In this document: positions 43,650 to 55,453 of the stretch, piece after piece
How the letters are laid out: every line of letters begins with the position of its first letter
Position numbering within the stretch: position 1 is the stretch's first letter
NCBI GenBank assembly: GCA_965644315.1
Contig: CBFFRQ010000051.1
Location: forward strand, 1 to 64,000
Direction of reading: 5' to 3'
DNA length: 64,000 nt
DNA from: Caecitellus pseudoparvulus
Lineage: Eukaryota; Protista; Bigyra: Bicosoecida
Notes under the pieces: generated by a model
The model's input: only the letters and a program-made list of their open reading frames with translations
Databases searched by the model: none
Told to the model about the DNA's origin: nothing
Translations under genes and position numbers: made by a program

Positions 43650-44465
43650 TCAGCTTCCTCTGGTTGATGTCCGCAGCAGCAGCATGGCGACCCGCCCCTG
43701 CCGTGTGCTGGTGCCGGCCCACACCGCATCCTTGCCTGGCTGCACAGCCACCTTTCCCCCCTCCTGTCGTGTCTGGAGGGGAATTGCTCGGTGCCCAGTC
43801 AGAGCAAGCAGCTCTCGCACCACATCAATGTGCTCCTTCTCACAGGCAGCTCGGAAGGCCGCCTCTGGCCCATCATGATCATCAGCATGCACATCCACCT
43901 CCCGATCCCCCGTCAGAGCGAGGAGCTCACGCACCACATCAACGTGCCCATTCGCACACGCAAGCCGGATGCCAACCTCAGGACCACCTCGATCACCAGC
44001 ATGCACATCCACCGCGCGATGGCCGCTCAGAGTGAGAAGCTCCCGCACCACCTCCACACGCCCGTAGGCACAGGCAAGGCGGAACCCAAACTCAGACTCC
44101 TCATCGGGACCAGCGTGCACGTCCACCTCGCGTTCTCCGCTCAGTGCCAGAAGCTCACGAACCACACCAATGTGCCCAAACTCACAAGCATGCCGGAAGC
44201 CAGCCTCAGGCCCGGCCCAATCTCTTGCATGTACATCCACTTCATGATGCCCACTCAGCCCCAACAGCCCACGCAACAAACCCACATGACCCGCCTTGCA
44301 CGCCACTAGAAAGGCGCTAGTCGTCTCATACTGCGTCAGCCCACCCAAATCACCCCCTGGCGCCCCCTCCACGCCCAGCATCCGTGCAAGTGCACTAACG
44401 TCACCATCGCTACATGCGTCTCCCCACAGGGCCACACACCGCTCTGCCTCGCCTCCTGACTGCAT
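43650..44465 (-). CDS. Ankyrin-like repeat protein copy R4 (5 repeats)
   Basis: ATG 44465 (MQSGGEAERC). Repeats 1-4 correspond in order to those of R1. Confidence 0.88.
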   Translation of the reverse strand: MQSGGEAERCVALWGDACSDGDVSALARMLGVEGAPGGDLGGLTQYETTSAFLVACKAGHVGLLRGLLGLSGHHEVDVHARDWAGPEAGFRHACEFGHIGVVRELLALSGEREVDVHAGPDEESEFGFRLACAYGRVEVVRELLTLSGHRAVDVHAGDRGGPEVGIRLACANGHVDVVRELLALTGDREVDVHADDHDGPEAAFRAACEKEHIDVVRELLALTGHRAIPLQTRQEGGKVAVQPGKDAVWAGTSTRQGRVAMLLLRTSTRGS

Positions 44466-44914
44466 GCCGGGCGGCTGTGCCTGTCTGTGCCACGGTCTGT
44501 CTGCCTTTCGCAATTACCGCACACACACCCCTCCGCAACAGCGCAGAATGAAGGGTCCAGGCGGTATCCAAGCGTGTCGGCAGTGCGTGAAATGCAAATT
44601 GAATGCTGGTATGCTTGGAATTTGGCGGGGCTCGTTGTGTTTGTCGCCTGTGGCCACCCCGCCTCAACCATCGGCGATTCGCTGTGGCTCGCCCACCTTC
44701 ACGCTCTCAAGTCCCCGCAGCCTGCCTGAACACACCGCCCCGATGCACGCCGTTCATGGCACTGGTACAGTACCACTACTGTACGGTGAGGTTTTCGAGC
44801 GGGGTGTCCGCCTCCATTTCAAGCAGGCAGGGGGCGACGGGCAAGCGCAGGAGCTGCAGGCTGGTTGTAGTGGGCGGAGACGAGACGTGAGGAAGCTGGG
44901 AAGGTCCAACCCGT

Positions 44915-46642
44915 TCATCTTCGCTGGGATGCCCGCAGCAGTAGCATGGCATCTCGCCCCTGACGAGTGCTGGTGCCGGCCCACACTGCATCCTTGGCGG
45001 GCTGCACAGCCACCTCTCCAGCGGCAAGCCGGACCTGAAGCGGGACAGCCCGGTGCCCAGTGAGGCCAAGAAGCTCGCGCACCACATCCTCATGACCGTT
45101 CCCACATGCCCACCGGAAGGCAGCCTCGGACAGGTATCCAAAGGCAACAACATGCACATCTACCTGACGCTGCCCAGTCAATGACAGCAACTCCCGCACC
45201 ACATCAACATGCCCATTCGTACAAGCCTCCCGAAAACCAGCATGTGGCCCACAGTCATCCCTTGCATGCACTTTCACGGCACGATCCCCAGTCAGTGCCA
45301 GCAACTCCCGCACCACGTCGATATGCCCGTTCTTACAGGCAAGCTGGAAGCCTGCCTCAGGCCCGTTCTGATCTCCAGCATGCACATCCACCTCACGATC
45401 ACCACTCAATGAAAGCAGCTCACGCACCACGTCAACATGTCCGTTCTGACAGGCAAGCTGGAAGCCTTGCTCGCGCTCGCCCTCTGGCCCAGCGTGCACA
45501 TCCACCTCACGATCGCCACTCAAAGCCAGCAGCTCGCGGACCACGTCAACATGTCCGTTCTGACAGGCAAGCTGGAAGCCTTGCTCGCGCTCGCCCTCTG
45601 GCCCAGCGTGCACATCCACCTTACGATGCCCACTCAAAGCCAGCAGCTCCCGAACTACATCCAGGTGCCCGACCTGACAAGCAAGCTGGAAGCCCCACTC
45701 AGGATCGCCCTCACAACCAGCATGCACGTCCACCTCACGATCGCCACTCAATGAAAGCAGCTCACGCACCACGTTAACACGTCCGAAGTGACAGGCAGCC
45801 ACAAAACCTGCCTCACGCTCGCCCTCTGGCCCAGCGTGCACATCCACCTCACGATGCCCGCTCAGAGCCAGGAGTTCACGCACGATAGCAAGGTGCCCAA
45901 TCACACAGGCACCCCGGAAACCAGCCTCAGGGCCATCGTCATCATCCGCATGCACATCAACTTCTCGGGCACCGCTCAGAGCCAGAAGCTCGCGCACCAC
46001 ATCTAGGTGTCCGTTTTGACAAGCACCCTGGAAGGCACCCTCGGGCCAGCATTGATAGTAAGCATGCACGTCCACCTCACGATCACCACTCAATGACAGC
46101 AACTCTCGCACCACGTCAATATGCCCATTCTCACAGGCAAGCTGGAAGCCTTGCTCAGACCAGTTCCATGGCCCAGCATGCACATCCACCTCGCGAGCGC
46201 CGCTCAGAGCCAGCAGCTCACGCATCACAGAGAGGTGTCCATTCGCACAGGCAGCTCGGAAGCCAGCCTCAGGCTGGCCCTCGGGACCAGCGTGTACGTC
46301 CACCTCGCGTTCTCCGCCCAGTGCCAGCAGCTCACGAACCACATCAATGTGCCCAAACTCACAGGCAGCCCGGAAGCCAGCCTCAGGCCCGGCCCGATCC
46401 CCCACATGCACGTCCACCTCACAATCGCCCGTCAGCTCCAACAGCCCACGCAACAGACCCACATGACCCGCCTTGCACGCCACCAGAAAGGCGTCTGTCG
46501 TCTCATCCTGCGTCAGCCCGCTCAAATCACCTCCTGGCGCCCCACCCACACCCAGCATCCGTACAAGCACACTGGCATCGCCATTGCGACATGCACCCCG
46601 CCACAGAGCCACACACCGCTCCGCTTCGCCTCCTGCCTCCAT
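44915..46642 (-). CDS. Ankyrin-like repeat protein copy R5 (13 repeats)
   Basis: 575-aa uninterrupted ORF that shares diagnostic repeats with R2. Confidence 0.9.
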   Translation of the reverse strand: MEAGGEAERCVALWRGACRNGDASVLVRMLGVGGAPGGDLSGLTQDETTDAFLVACKAGHVGLLRGLLELTGDCEVDVHVGDRAGPEAGFRAACEFGHIDVVRELLALGGEREVDVHAGPEGQPEAGFRAACANGHLSVMRELLALSGAREVDVHAGPWNWSEQGFQLACENGHIDVVRELLSLSGDREVDVHAYYQCWPEGAFQGACQNGHLDVVRELLALSGAREVDVHADDDDGPEAGFRGACVIGHLAIVRELLALSGHREVDVHAGPEGEREAGFVAACHFGRVNVVRELLSLSGDREVDVHAGCEGDPEWGFQLACQVGHLDVVRELLALSGHRKVDVHAGPEGEREQGFQLACQNGHVDVVRELLALSGDREVDVHAGPEGEREQGFQLACQNGHVDVVRELLSLSGDREVDVHAGDQNGPEAGFQLACKNGHIDVVRELLALTGDRAVKVHARDDCGPHAGFREACTNGHVDVVRELLSLTGQRQVDVHVVAFGYLSEAAFRWACGNGHEDVVRELLGLTGHRAVPLQVRLAAGEVAVQPAKDAVWAGTSTRQGRDAMLLLRASQRR

Positions 46643-47146
46643 GCCGGGCGGCTTTGCCTCTCTGTGCCTGGCCTGCCTGCAGCAAATACCGCACGCACTC
46701 CCCTCCGAGACAACCCAGGATGGAGGGTCCAGGCGGTGTTCAAGCGTACCTGTAGTCCAAGAAGGGCAATTTCAAGTAGAGGTGCGTTATGAATTGGGCT
46801 TCAGCTTGACTGTTTCCAGTTGCCACCCCCCTGAACGTGGAGCTCAACGCTCAGCTTGCACATGCGCAATCCTCAAATGCATGCACACTGCACCCTGGGC
46901 TTTACGAGGCAGCGCGTTCACGAATGCGATTCAGGTATCCATTTATGCAGTGCCAAGGCCTTACCGTGACTTGAACTGGCACTGACGATTGTTGGCCATG
47001 TGCTTTTCAAATGCGTACACAATCCAAGCACACCACCCGGACACACAGCAAGCACGTTGCTGCATTCGCACTCAAAAGAGCTGCATTCTGCAGTTGTGCT
47101 TCATGCATGTGCATGTTGGGTGCAACAGGTCGCTGACCAGCTCACC

Positions 47147-50100
47147 TTACTTGGCAAGCTCGGCATCTTCTGCGGCTTCGATGACTCGCACGAAGATTTC
47201 TTCCAGGCTTTGCGCGGCAAGGCCAAACTCCACGATGCACTTTGCCTGGGCATCGTCCTCAGATTTGGCTTGCTGCAGCTTCTCGAACATGGTTGGGACG
47301 TCCACTTCTTCGCTGACCCCGGACAGGGGCAGCATGAAGGCGACCGAGCTGCCGACTGCGTTCAGCAGCCTAGCACGGGGATTCAGGCAGCTGCGCACAA
47401 AGGCCTCGGCCTTGCGTCGCGTGCTTTCGCTTTCGTCCGTCAGCGTCAGGGTCAGCTTGATGCCTTCGCCCCACCGCTGCTTGAGCTGGGCCTGCGTCCC
47501 AACAGTTTGCACGCGCCCAGAGAACATGATGGCGATCTTGCCGTCCACCAGTGTCTCGATTTCCTCCATGCTGTGGGACGTGATGATCTGCGTGCGCCCC
47601 GCTGCCCGCTGGGCCTGCAGGATGTTCCAGATGCTGCGTTTCGTGCCGCTGTCCAGGCCCGTCGTGGGCTCGTCGCACACGAGCACTGCTGGGTCCCCGA
47701 TGAGCGCAATTGCGATGCTGAGGCGCCGGCGCATGCCCCCGCTGAGGGTTTTGGCCGCCATGTTCAGGGGATCACCGTCCAGCTCCACTGCCTCTGCTAC
47801 ACGCTGCACTGCGCCCCTCAGGTGGTTCGCCTGGATGCCCTTCAAGCGAGCATAGAAATCCAGGTGCTCCCGCACCGACAGCGAGTCAAAGACGACATCG
47901 AACTGGGGCACGACGCCCAGCTGGCGGTACACGTACTCCACGTCGTCTTCCACAGAGTATCCGCCAATGAATGCGGCGCCAAATGTCGGCAGCATGTGCC
48001 CCGTGGCGATGGTGAGGGTGGTGGACTTGCCAGCACCGTTAGGACCCAGCAGGCCGAACACCGCCCCCTTCTCGACGGCAAACGTCACGCCATCCACCGC
48101 ACTCTTGACACCGGTAGATCCCAGTCGCAACTTGGCCAAGGTCTCAGCCCATGCTCCCTTCACAGGGCGTGTGCCGCTGTCAGCAACTGCGTTGGACGGA
48201 AACTCCTTCACCAGGCCCTGAATGACGACGGGGTGGCTCGCAGGGGTCGCGCGGCCACTGGTGACGACTTCTTCCTCTGCGATGACGTCAGCCCCTGCGG
48301 CCCGACGAGCGGCCGAGCGCAGGAGCGTGCTCTCTGATGGCGCGGCGGCGCCCTGCTGGGCAGGCGCTGCGCTGCCTGGCAGTTGCCTGCGCTTGCCGCG
48401 GCCCAGTGCTCGTACAGCCATACTGATGCAGAAGCAAGGGTCAGACACCACACCAGTCGCCTCTGCCGATGAGGGCAGGATGGTGTGCAGGTACATGCCC
48501 AGCGCCAGCGCCAGCAGTCCTTCCGCGAGGTTGATGAAGATGATGCCCAGCTGCTCAGAGCCGATGTAGGCGCTGCCGCCGTAGCGCAGCATGAGGATGC
48601 TCAGGCGCGTGTACGAGAGGACTGGGATCCAATTCAGGCCCTGTGGCCACTCGCCAGGATATGTCGCAGCCACAACAGTGGCCACGATGACAAGCAAGTA
48701 CCCCAGGGCCGTCGCGAGCAGGGGTGAGCGGCTGGCGCTTGCAAGCAAGTATGCGTAACCAGGTTGCGCCAGCGCCCACGACAGCAAGACGCCCACCGTG
48801 TAGCCGGGGTCAACTTGGGTAAAGAACGTTGCCTTGGCGGCATACGCAATGATGACGAACACTGAAGAAAAGTACAGCTGCACGAGCACCGCGAAGATGT
48901 AGCTGCCAAGCCAGTAGCCGCCGGGCAGCAGGCCTGCCAGGCGCATCATGAGGTACTGCTTCTCCAGCTTCTCGCTGGCGATGGTCTGGGCAAAGTACGG
49001 CAAGAAGACCATGGTGATCAGCGGCCACAAGTACAATTGGGGCCCTTGCTGCGTGTTGCCGCTTGCAGAGGCGAAGGAAAAGCGGCCCATAGCCCCGACG
49101 CCAGTCAAGATGTACGGTCCTTGCGGGCGGGGTCGGGTGCTCGGCACTGGGACTGGCTGTGATGAAGAAGTGGACGTGTCAGAGAGAGACCTGAAGGCGT
49201 CTTCTTCCTGCACTTGTCGAACAGCACTGGCGTTCAGTGACGTGCGCAGCAGAGCGTTGGACAGGCCGTTGATGGAGGTGAAGGGTGCAAAGTACGGCGA
49301 CTCATACTGCGACTCCCGTGCTAGCGCCACACTTGACACAGAGGAGCCATAGAAGATGTTGGAGGTGCAGTAAAAGCTTGTCGGCGAGTCGCGGAAGACG
49401 ATGTCTCCAAGCGGCTCATACGGGTTCAACCGGTTGCCGCGGGAGCCAGACGTGAGCCACAAGTCGACACGGGCGTGCAGCGCAGGTGTGTCGTGCCACG
49501 GCTGGGACTTGGTCAGGCCGAATGAGTAGTCCGGCACGTTGGCCAGCGTGAACGCTGTCGCATTGGCCCGGCTCAGGTGCAGCACAGGCCCATAGTGGAA
49601 GCAGTAGGAGTCATCCACGATGCGGTGGGCTCGGATGTACTCCTGAGCAGCCAGCACTCGGCTGGACGCGCTGAGCGGGTTGCTGGGAGTGCTCAAGAAT
49701 GGGGGCAGGTCTGCCAGGTTCCACCACTTGGCGAAGTACGTGAGCTGCTCGTCCAGCTCAGGCGACAAGACCTTTGAGTACTGCGCGAAGGGGACGCCGC
49801 CGTCACTCGCGTCGGCATACCAGACATTGCGCCCGCCATACACACGTTGCTGACTGTTGTTCGACTGCATGGCCACTGCCTGGGGCAAGGACCAGTCTGG
49901 CACAAGCAGGGCACCTTCGGCATCGCAGTCTTGCGGCTGCCATGACGTGTACTGCGTCGAGAAGTTCGACACACAAAGTGACCGGTACAGGGGGTGGTAG
50001 GTTGCCGAGCCTCCACCGACGAAGGCGGAGGATGACGATGAGCCAGAGGCGCCCAACGCCACATCGGAGTGAGATGGTGGCAGGTTGCCTTCCACTGCCT

Positions 50101-53100
50101 CGCCGAGTGCGGCCAGGAACTCATCAGGAGTGCACGAGCCGCTGGTGAAGGCAATGTCGTTGTACAGGCAGTTGGGGGGGGCTGTCACGTTCAGCACGCT
50201 CACGAGGACACTGACCAGCACTGCCAGCAAAAGGCAGCAGTGAAAGGCGACGTTCATGCGGATGAGCTTGGACTGCAGCCTGAGCCTCAACAGGCACACA
50301 GCGAACGTCTGCCCTACCAGAGAAACTCGCCCTCCAGCGCGCTTTGGCTGGCTGGGCAGCTCGTCAGCACCCTCCACCGCCTGCAGGCTGGCAGCCTGGT
50401 GAGTTTCCGGGGCTGGGAGAGGCGGTGTTTCTGGCGCTGCCGCGATGGCAGGCGCTGCTGCAGCCGCCCCGGCTTTGCTCTCAGACCCACTTTCCTCCAC
50501 CTCCGCGTCCGTGGCTTGTACTGCACCCTCCTGGGCGTCGCCCGTGGCCGCCTCTCCTTGCACCATGTCCTCAAGTGCGTCCAGCACGACATCCACCGCC
50601 TCGGCGTCGTCTGGCGCCTGCACGCCCTTGCTGTGCATGAGCACACCGAAGCGAGAGATGATCTTGCCGCCCTCCAGCACCATGGATGCTCCTGCCGCTT
50701 CCCCCGCGTGCTCCGGCACAGAGTCTGTCACTGCCGACTCCAGCGCGCTCTCAGCCGCCACCGTGTCCCCGTCGCGCTGGTTCACGCCTTGGTGCTGTGC
50801 GCCCAGCTTGAGGAACACTTCCTCCAGCGTAGATCGGCTGATGCCCCAGTCCTTCACACACTGCTTGCCTCGCACGTCTCCCACCGTGCCTGCTGAGCCC
50901 TTGGGCAGCGTCCACTCGTTCAGTAGACGCAGGAACCCCGGGATACGCTTCACCAAGGCCTTGGGGATGGAAATGGTCAGACTGCCAGACACAAACTGCG
51001 GCAGCTCGTCTTCACCCTTGAACGTGCTGGCTGGCGCGTCGGCGTCGGCGGTGCCGCTCCCTGCATCTGCCTTGGCCAAGCCTTGGATGGCGGCGGTGTC
51101 GGCCTCAAACTCGTCCTTTGTCGTGCCTGCCAGCAACACGCGGGCGCCCGGCAGCATGTCGGCGACCGCTTGCTTGATTTGTGCCACTGATGCGTGGTCT
51201 GGCACGACGTTCAGGTTCACCTGGAAGCCAGCTCCGAAGCGGCTCTTCAGGAACAGGGAGCTGCCCAGCGCGCGCAGGCGGCCGTTGGACATGATGGCGA
51301 CTTGGTCCCCCAGCGCGTCGGCTTCTGTGAGGTCGTGCGTTGTCAACACGACCACACGCTGCGACTTGAGCTGCCCGATGAACTGCCACACTCGTCGACG
51401 GGAGAGCGGGTCCAGCCCCGTCGTCACTTCGTCCAGCAGCAGGACACGCGCGAAGCCGGTGGTCGCGAGGGCGACGCTCAGCCTGCGCTTCATGCCCCCT
51501 GAAAAGGTCTGAGTGAAGGAGTGTGCGACGGCATCCAGGCCCACCAGCCGCAAGCGCTGCATGATGTGCGTGTGCGTCGCCGCTCGAGGGACGCCTTTGA
51601 ACCGGCAGAACAACAGCATGTGCTCGTACGCTGTCAGCTCGCTGTACAGGTAGTCGTGCTGGGGACACACGCCGATGAGGTCGCGGATGGCGGCTGGGTC
51701 CTCCCGCACACTCTCACCACACACGAAGACCTCGCCGTGGGTGGGAGCCGTGAGGCCGGCAATGCAGGACACAGTGGTGGTCTTGCCACTGCCGTTGTGG
51801 CCCAGTAACGCCGTGATTTGCCCCGTCGGAAACGTGATGGACAACTCCTTCACGGCTGTGGCTTCCTTGTACGACTTGGTGAGCTTGTGCAGGACCACGG
51901 ACATGCCCTGCGATGACCGTTGCTTTGCGTGCATGATGGTGTCGCCATCCTCGGGCTGCTCAGGCGCCCCCCTCCAGCCCCAGTAGGAAGGCAGAAAGAA
52001 GAAATAAAACGGCTGCTTCGCGCCCAGGTCATCCCCTGACGCCACTTGCGCCAGGTACCACGCAAAAACAAACCCAATCAGCGCGATGAGCAGCATGACA
52101 CCTGCAGCGTACGATGTGCTGGGGAGCTCAGCGTTGTACACTCCAGTGGGCGTGTACACCTTCACCAAGTCCCCCGGTCCCGTGAAGTTGCCCCACGTGT
52201 ATCGCTCCTGCACAAGGTGGGACTCCTCGGCCCCGTCGCTGGAGCCAGTCCCAGCGCCCAAGACGTCGGCATACGTGTGCTCATCCAAGCCGGGCTCCAT
52301 GCCCAGCATCTCTTGCAGCTGGCGAGAGGCAGCAAAAGACATGGCTGGATGGTCCATGATGCCCGTCGCCATCAGTTCCCGGCGGTCTCGTGAGGATGAA
52401 CTGGGGTTCTGGGTGGTCCCCGCAGGGCCAAAGTTCGTGGAGGTGTAGTGTGGCGTCACCCACAGAATGATGTCATGCATGATGTAGCCGTAGTGCACGG
52501 AGGCGAACGGGTACAGCAGTACAGCCAACACAGTGGGCATTTGGGGGCTGAAGAAGTACTGGTACGCGTTGAACAGCGTGGCAATGGTCTGCAGGGACAG
52601 GGTGAGGGCGACGAGGAGGAAGGAGCCCAGGTTGACCCACAGCGTCTGGCGCACGAAGGACGCCAGCCACAGCGCCATGCCCACCATGCTCATGCACAAG
52701 CACCAGAAGGAGATGAAGTGCACTGCAAAGTCCACGTGTGTGAAGAAGTACAGGCCAGTCCAGTACCCGATGCCCAGCGTGATGAGGGACGTGAACATGG
52801 TCATCACGCACAGCACCAGCACCCAGGACACCCAGAACGCGCTCTCGTACAGGCCGATGGAGCGCAGGGCGCCCAGCAACTTGCGGTGCTTCTCAGATGC
52901 GACGAGGTTCGTGGCCAGGATCATGACCATGCAGGCGCCCAGCTCCAGTAGCATGCTGCCCCCCACGAACACGAAGCCATTGCCTTCTGGAGACAGCGCC
53001 GAGCCGCCAGCCGTGCCCTGCGACGGCAAGCCTGCTGCTTGGAACTGCAGGTCGGCCGGCTCAAAGCTGTCAGGCAAACTTTCATTCGAGAAGGGCACGC

Positions 53101-53957
53101 CCCCCGCCTTGACGAATCCGACCAGAGAAGCATCCAGCGCCTCCTGCAGCCCCATCAGACGCAGGTCGTAGCCAAGCCCCTGCAAGGCGCTGCTCTCGTG
53201 CCCCAGGTTGTTCTTAGACCATGCCTGCGTCGCACTGCCGTTGAACCACAGCTGGTACGCCGCGCTGCCAGGCTCTGGCGCCACTGTGGCGCTCTCCAGT
53301 CCGATGGTGGCGTTGAAGGTCACCATGAAGTCGAGGGGGCTGAACAGGTTGTCGAACAGCCACTGGCTGGCCTCCTCGGCGCTGCCCACGCCGACGATGT
53401 CCTTGCCCAGCTGCAGTCCGGTGTGGGCAGCCACGCCGCCCATGACAGCGTCGGCCCACGGCGTGCGCGGCTCGTACAGCACGGTGACACAGGCGCCGAC
53501 GGATTCGGGCCGCACACGCGCGTGCACGTCGAAATCCCTGCACCGCGAGAGGTGCGCTGGCAGCTCTCCAGGCACAGTCACAGTGGTGTTCAGCGAGATG
53601 AAGATGAGCTGTGTGTTGGGAGCGGGGCGCAGCGTGATGGTGGGTGATGTGCACAGCACTGTCGCCAGCCTCAGGGCAAAGGCGGAGGTGCTTCGCTGCG
53701 CCATTCCGCGAAACTGCGGCAGGCGCTCGCTCACACACGTAGAGGATGATGACGAAGACAGAGGGCGCAAAGAGCAGGCCCAAGGACATGCCCCAGTTGT
53801 GCCACAGCATCATGCAGCACTTGCGAATCAAGGACTCCAGTTGGGCCAGCCAATTGGCTGCCACATTCTCGCGAATGGCTCGCTGGCCCGACTCTTCCTC
53901 CGGGTCTAAAATCGGCGTGTAGTGCGCCATCGCCGCCGGGGTAGGGCGCGATGCCAT
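47147..53957 (-). CDS. Full-length ABCA-subfamily ABC transporter
   Basis: Two TMD-NBD halves: GHNGSGKTT / FSGGMKRRLS / LLDEVTTGLDP and GPNGAGKST / LSGGMRRRLS / CDEPTTGLD. Large extracellular loops, STLEEVFL and SLEEIFV motifs. The first exon starts at ATG 53957. Confidence 0.95.
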
Positions 53958-54403
53958 GATGCAAGTTTTTGGAATGGGTAAATCAGGCCCCTGAAGACCG
54001 GGGACGTTGAGGACAGCTGTGCCTGGCGCCGCACGGCTGGCTGGCGTCGCAGGCGATTGGCAATCTTCGGCTCTCACAAGTGAGAGTGTTCAAGCGGAAC
54101 CGGGGACGCCACAGTGACGCCTAGGTGCCCTGAGAATGGTGGGGATGCAAGCTCTGTACTGCCGCGCAAAGCAAGAGCAGTGAGGAAAGTTGTGTGTGGG
54201 GTGCTGGACTGCAGCTTGCCTGCGGAAATTGATGCCCCATCGCCTCCGACTGCCCCGCACTCCAGTGCGGCGTCCACAACGAACAACCCCAATTAAACGC
54301 TATTGTAATGGTGTTTTGAGGAACTATTCTTTCGATTTTTGTACCTATTTCCTCACTCTACCCTCTTGAACGCCTGAGTGCCGACCCTCGGCGTGTTCCC
54401 GGC

Positions 54404-55314
54404 ATGGCTGCAGCTTCAGGCTCTCGCAAGCGGCCCCGGGACGACGGTGCCGCCCCAGAGGACTTCACAGACGTGTACATTGAAGGTCTGCCGTATGCTG
54501 CCACTGAAGATGAAATCCGGGAGCTCCTCAGCACAGCAGGCACTGTGTCATCCCTGCGCCTGCCCAGGTGAGACGTGCCTGCCTGTGGCGCTGGAAAGCG
54601 GCCTTGACACACACTCGCCCCTCCAATCCTCTTGTGCCCAGGTACCAGGACAGTGGCCGCCTGCGTGGCTACGCACACGCGACATTCTCCAGCCACGCCG
54701 AAGCCACCGCTGCCCTGGACTTGAACAACTCCGTCATGCATGGCCGGTACCTGACAGTGCAGCCAGCCCGCAGCAAGCAACGGCAATCCCAAGGCACCAG
54801 CCGCCCGCGCCCGCCCGGCTGCACGACGCTGCACGTGAAGAACCTGCCATACTCCCTGGGCGAGCAGGCGCTGAAGCAGGCCTTTGCATCTTTCGGCTCC
54901 ATCGCCAACGTGCGCCTTGCCCGGTGGGGCCACACGGGCCGCTTGAAGGGGTTTGGGTACGTGCAGTTCACTGACGGTGCGGGGGCTGAGGCAGCCATGG
55001 CGGCGGCGGCCAATATCACCATCGCCGGGCGGGCAGTTGTGTTGGATTACGACGGCGGCGCCCCCAAGGCCTCCTTCAAGACGCCCGAGGGGCGGCAGTG
55101 GGCCAAGGAGCACGGCGACCTGGCGCCCAGCCACCTCAAGGAGGCCCTGCACAGCAAGGCACAGGGGGCGGGGGACGCCAAGGCGGAGAAGGCGCCTGCG
55201 CCGGCACCAGTGGCGGCGGACTCGCAGAGTGCGAAGCCCAAGAAACGGCGGGGTCGTGGGCGTGTCGCAGCTGCCGAGCGCCGAGCCGCAGCAGAGGGCG
55301 ACGCGTCAGACTGA
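54404..55314 (+). CDS. RNA-binding protein with two RRM domains (nucleolin/Nop-like)
   Basis: RNP2 VYIEGLP and LHVKNLP, RNP1 RGYAHATF and KGFGYVQF, one intron at about 54568-54641, and a basic C-terminal tail. Confidence 0.9.
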
Positions 55315-55453
55315 CGTGCTCCGCCAGAGGAGGACGGGGGTGGACTGTAATGCATGCCAAATCGCTGCGGCGAGTCACAGGCCCAATGAGGAGTCAGTGT
55401 GCGCTACATGGAGGGTGGCCCTCGCGACCAGCACACCACGCTCAGCAACACAT

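Noticed and set aside
21734-46642. CRISPR array or diversity-generating retroelement as the explanation for the periodic 114-nt pattern
   Set aside because: The repeats are in-frame coding units with degenerate third positions. There are no cas genes, no reverse transcriptase, no template/variable repeat pair and no adenine-specific pattern visible.
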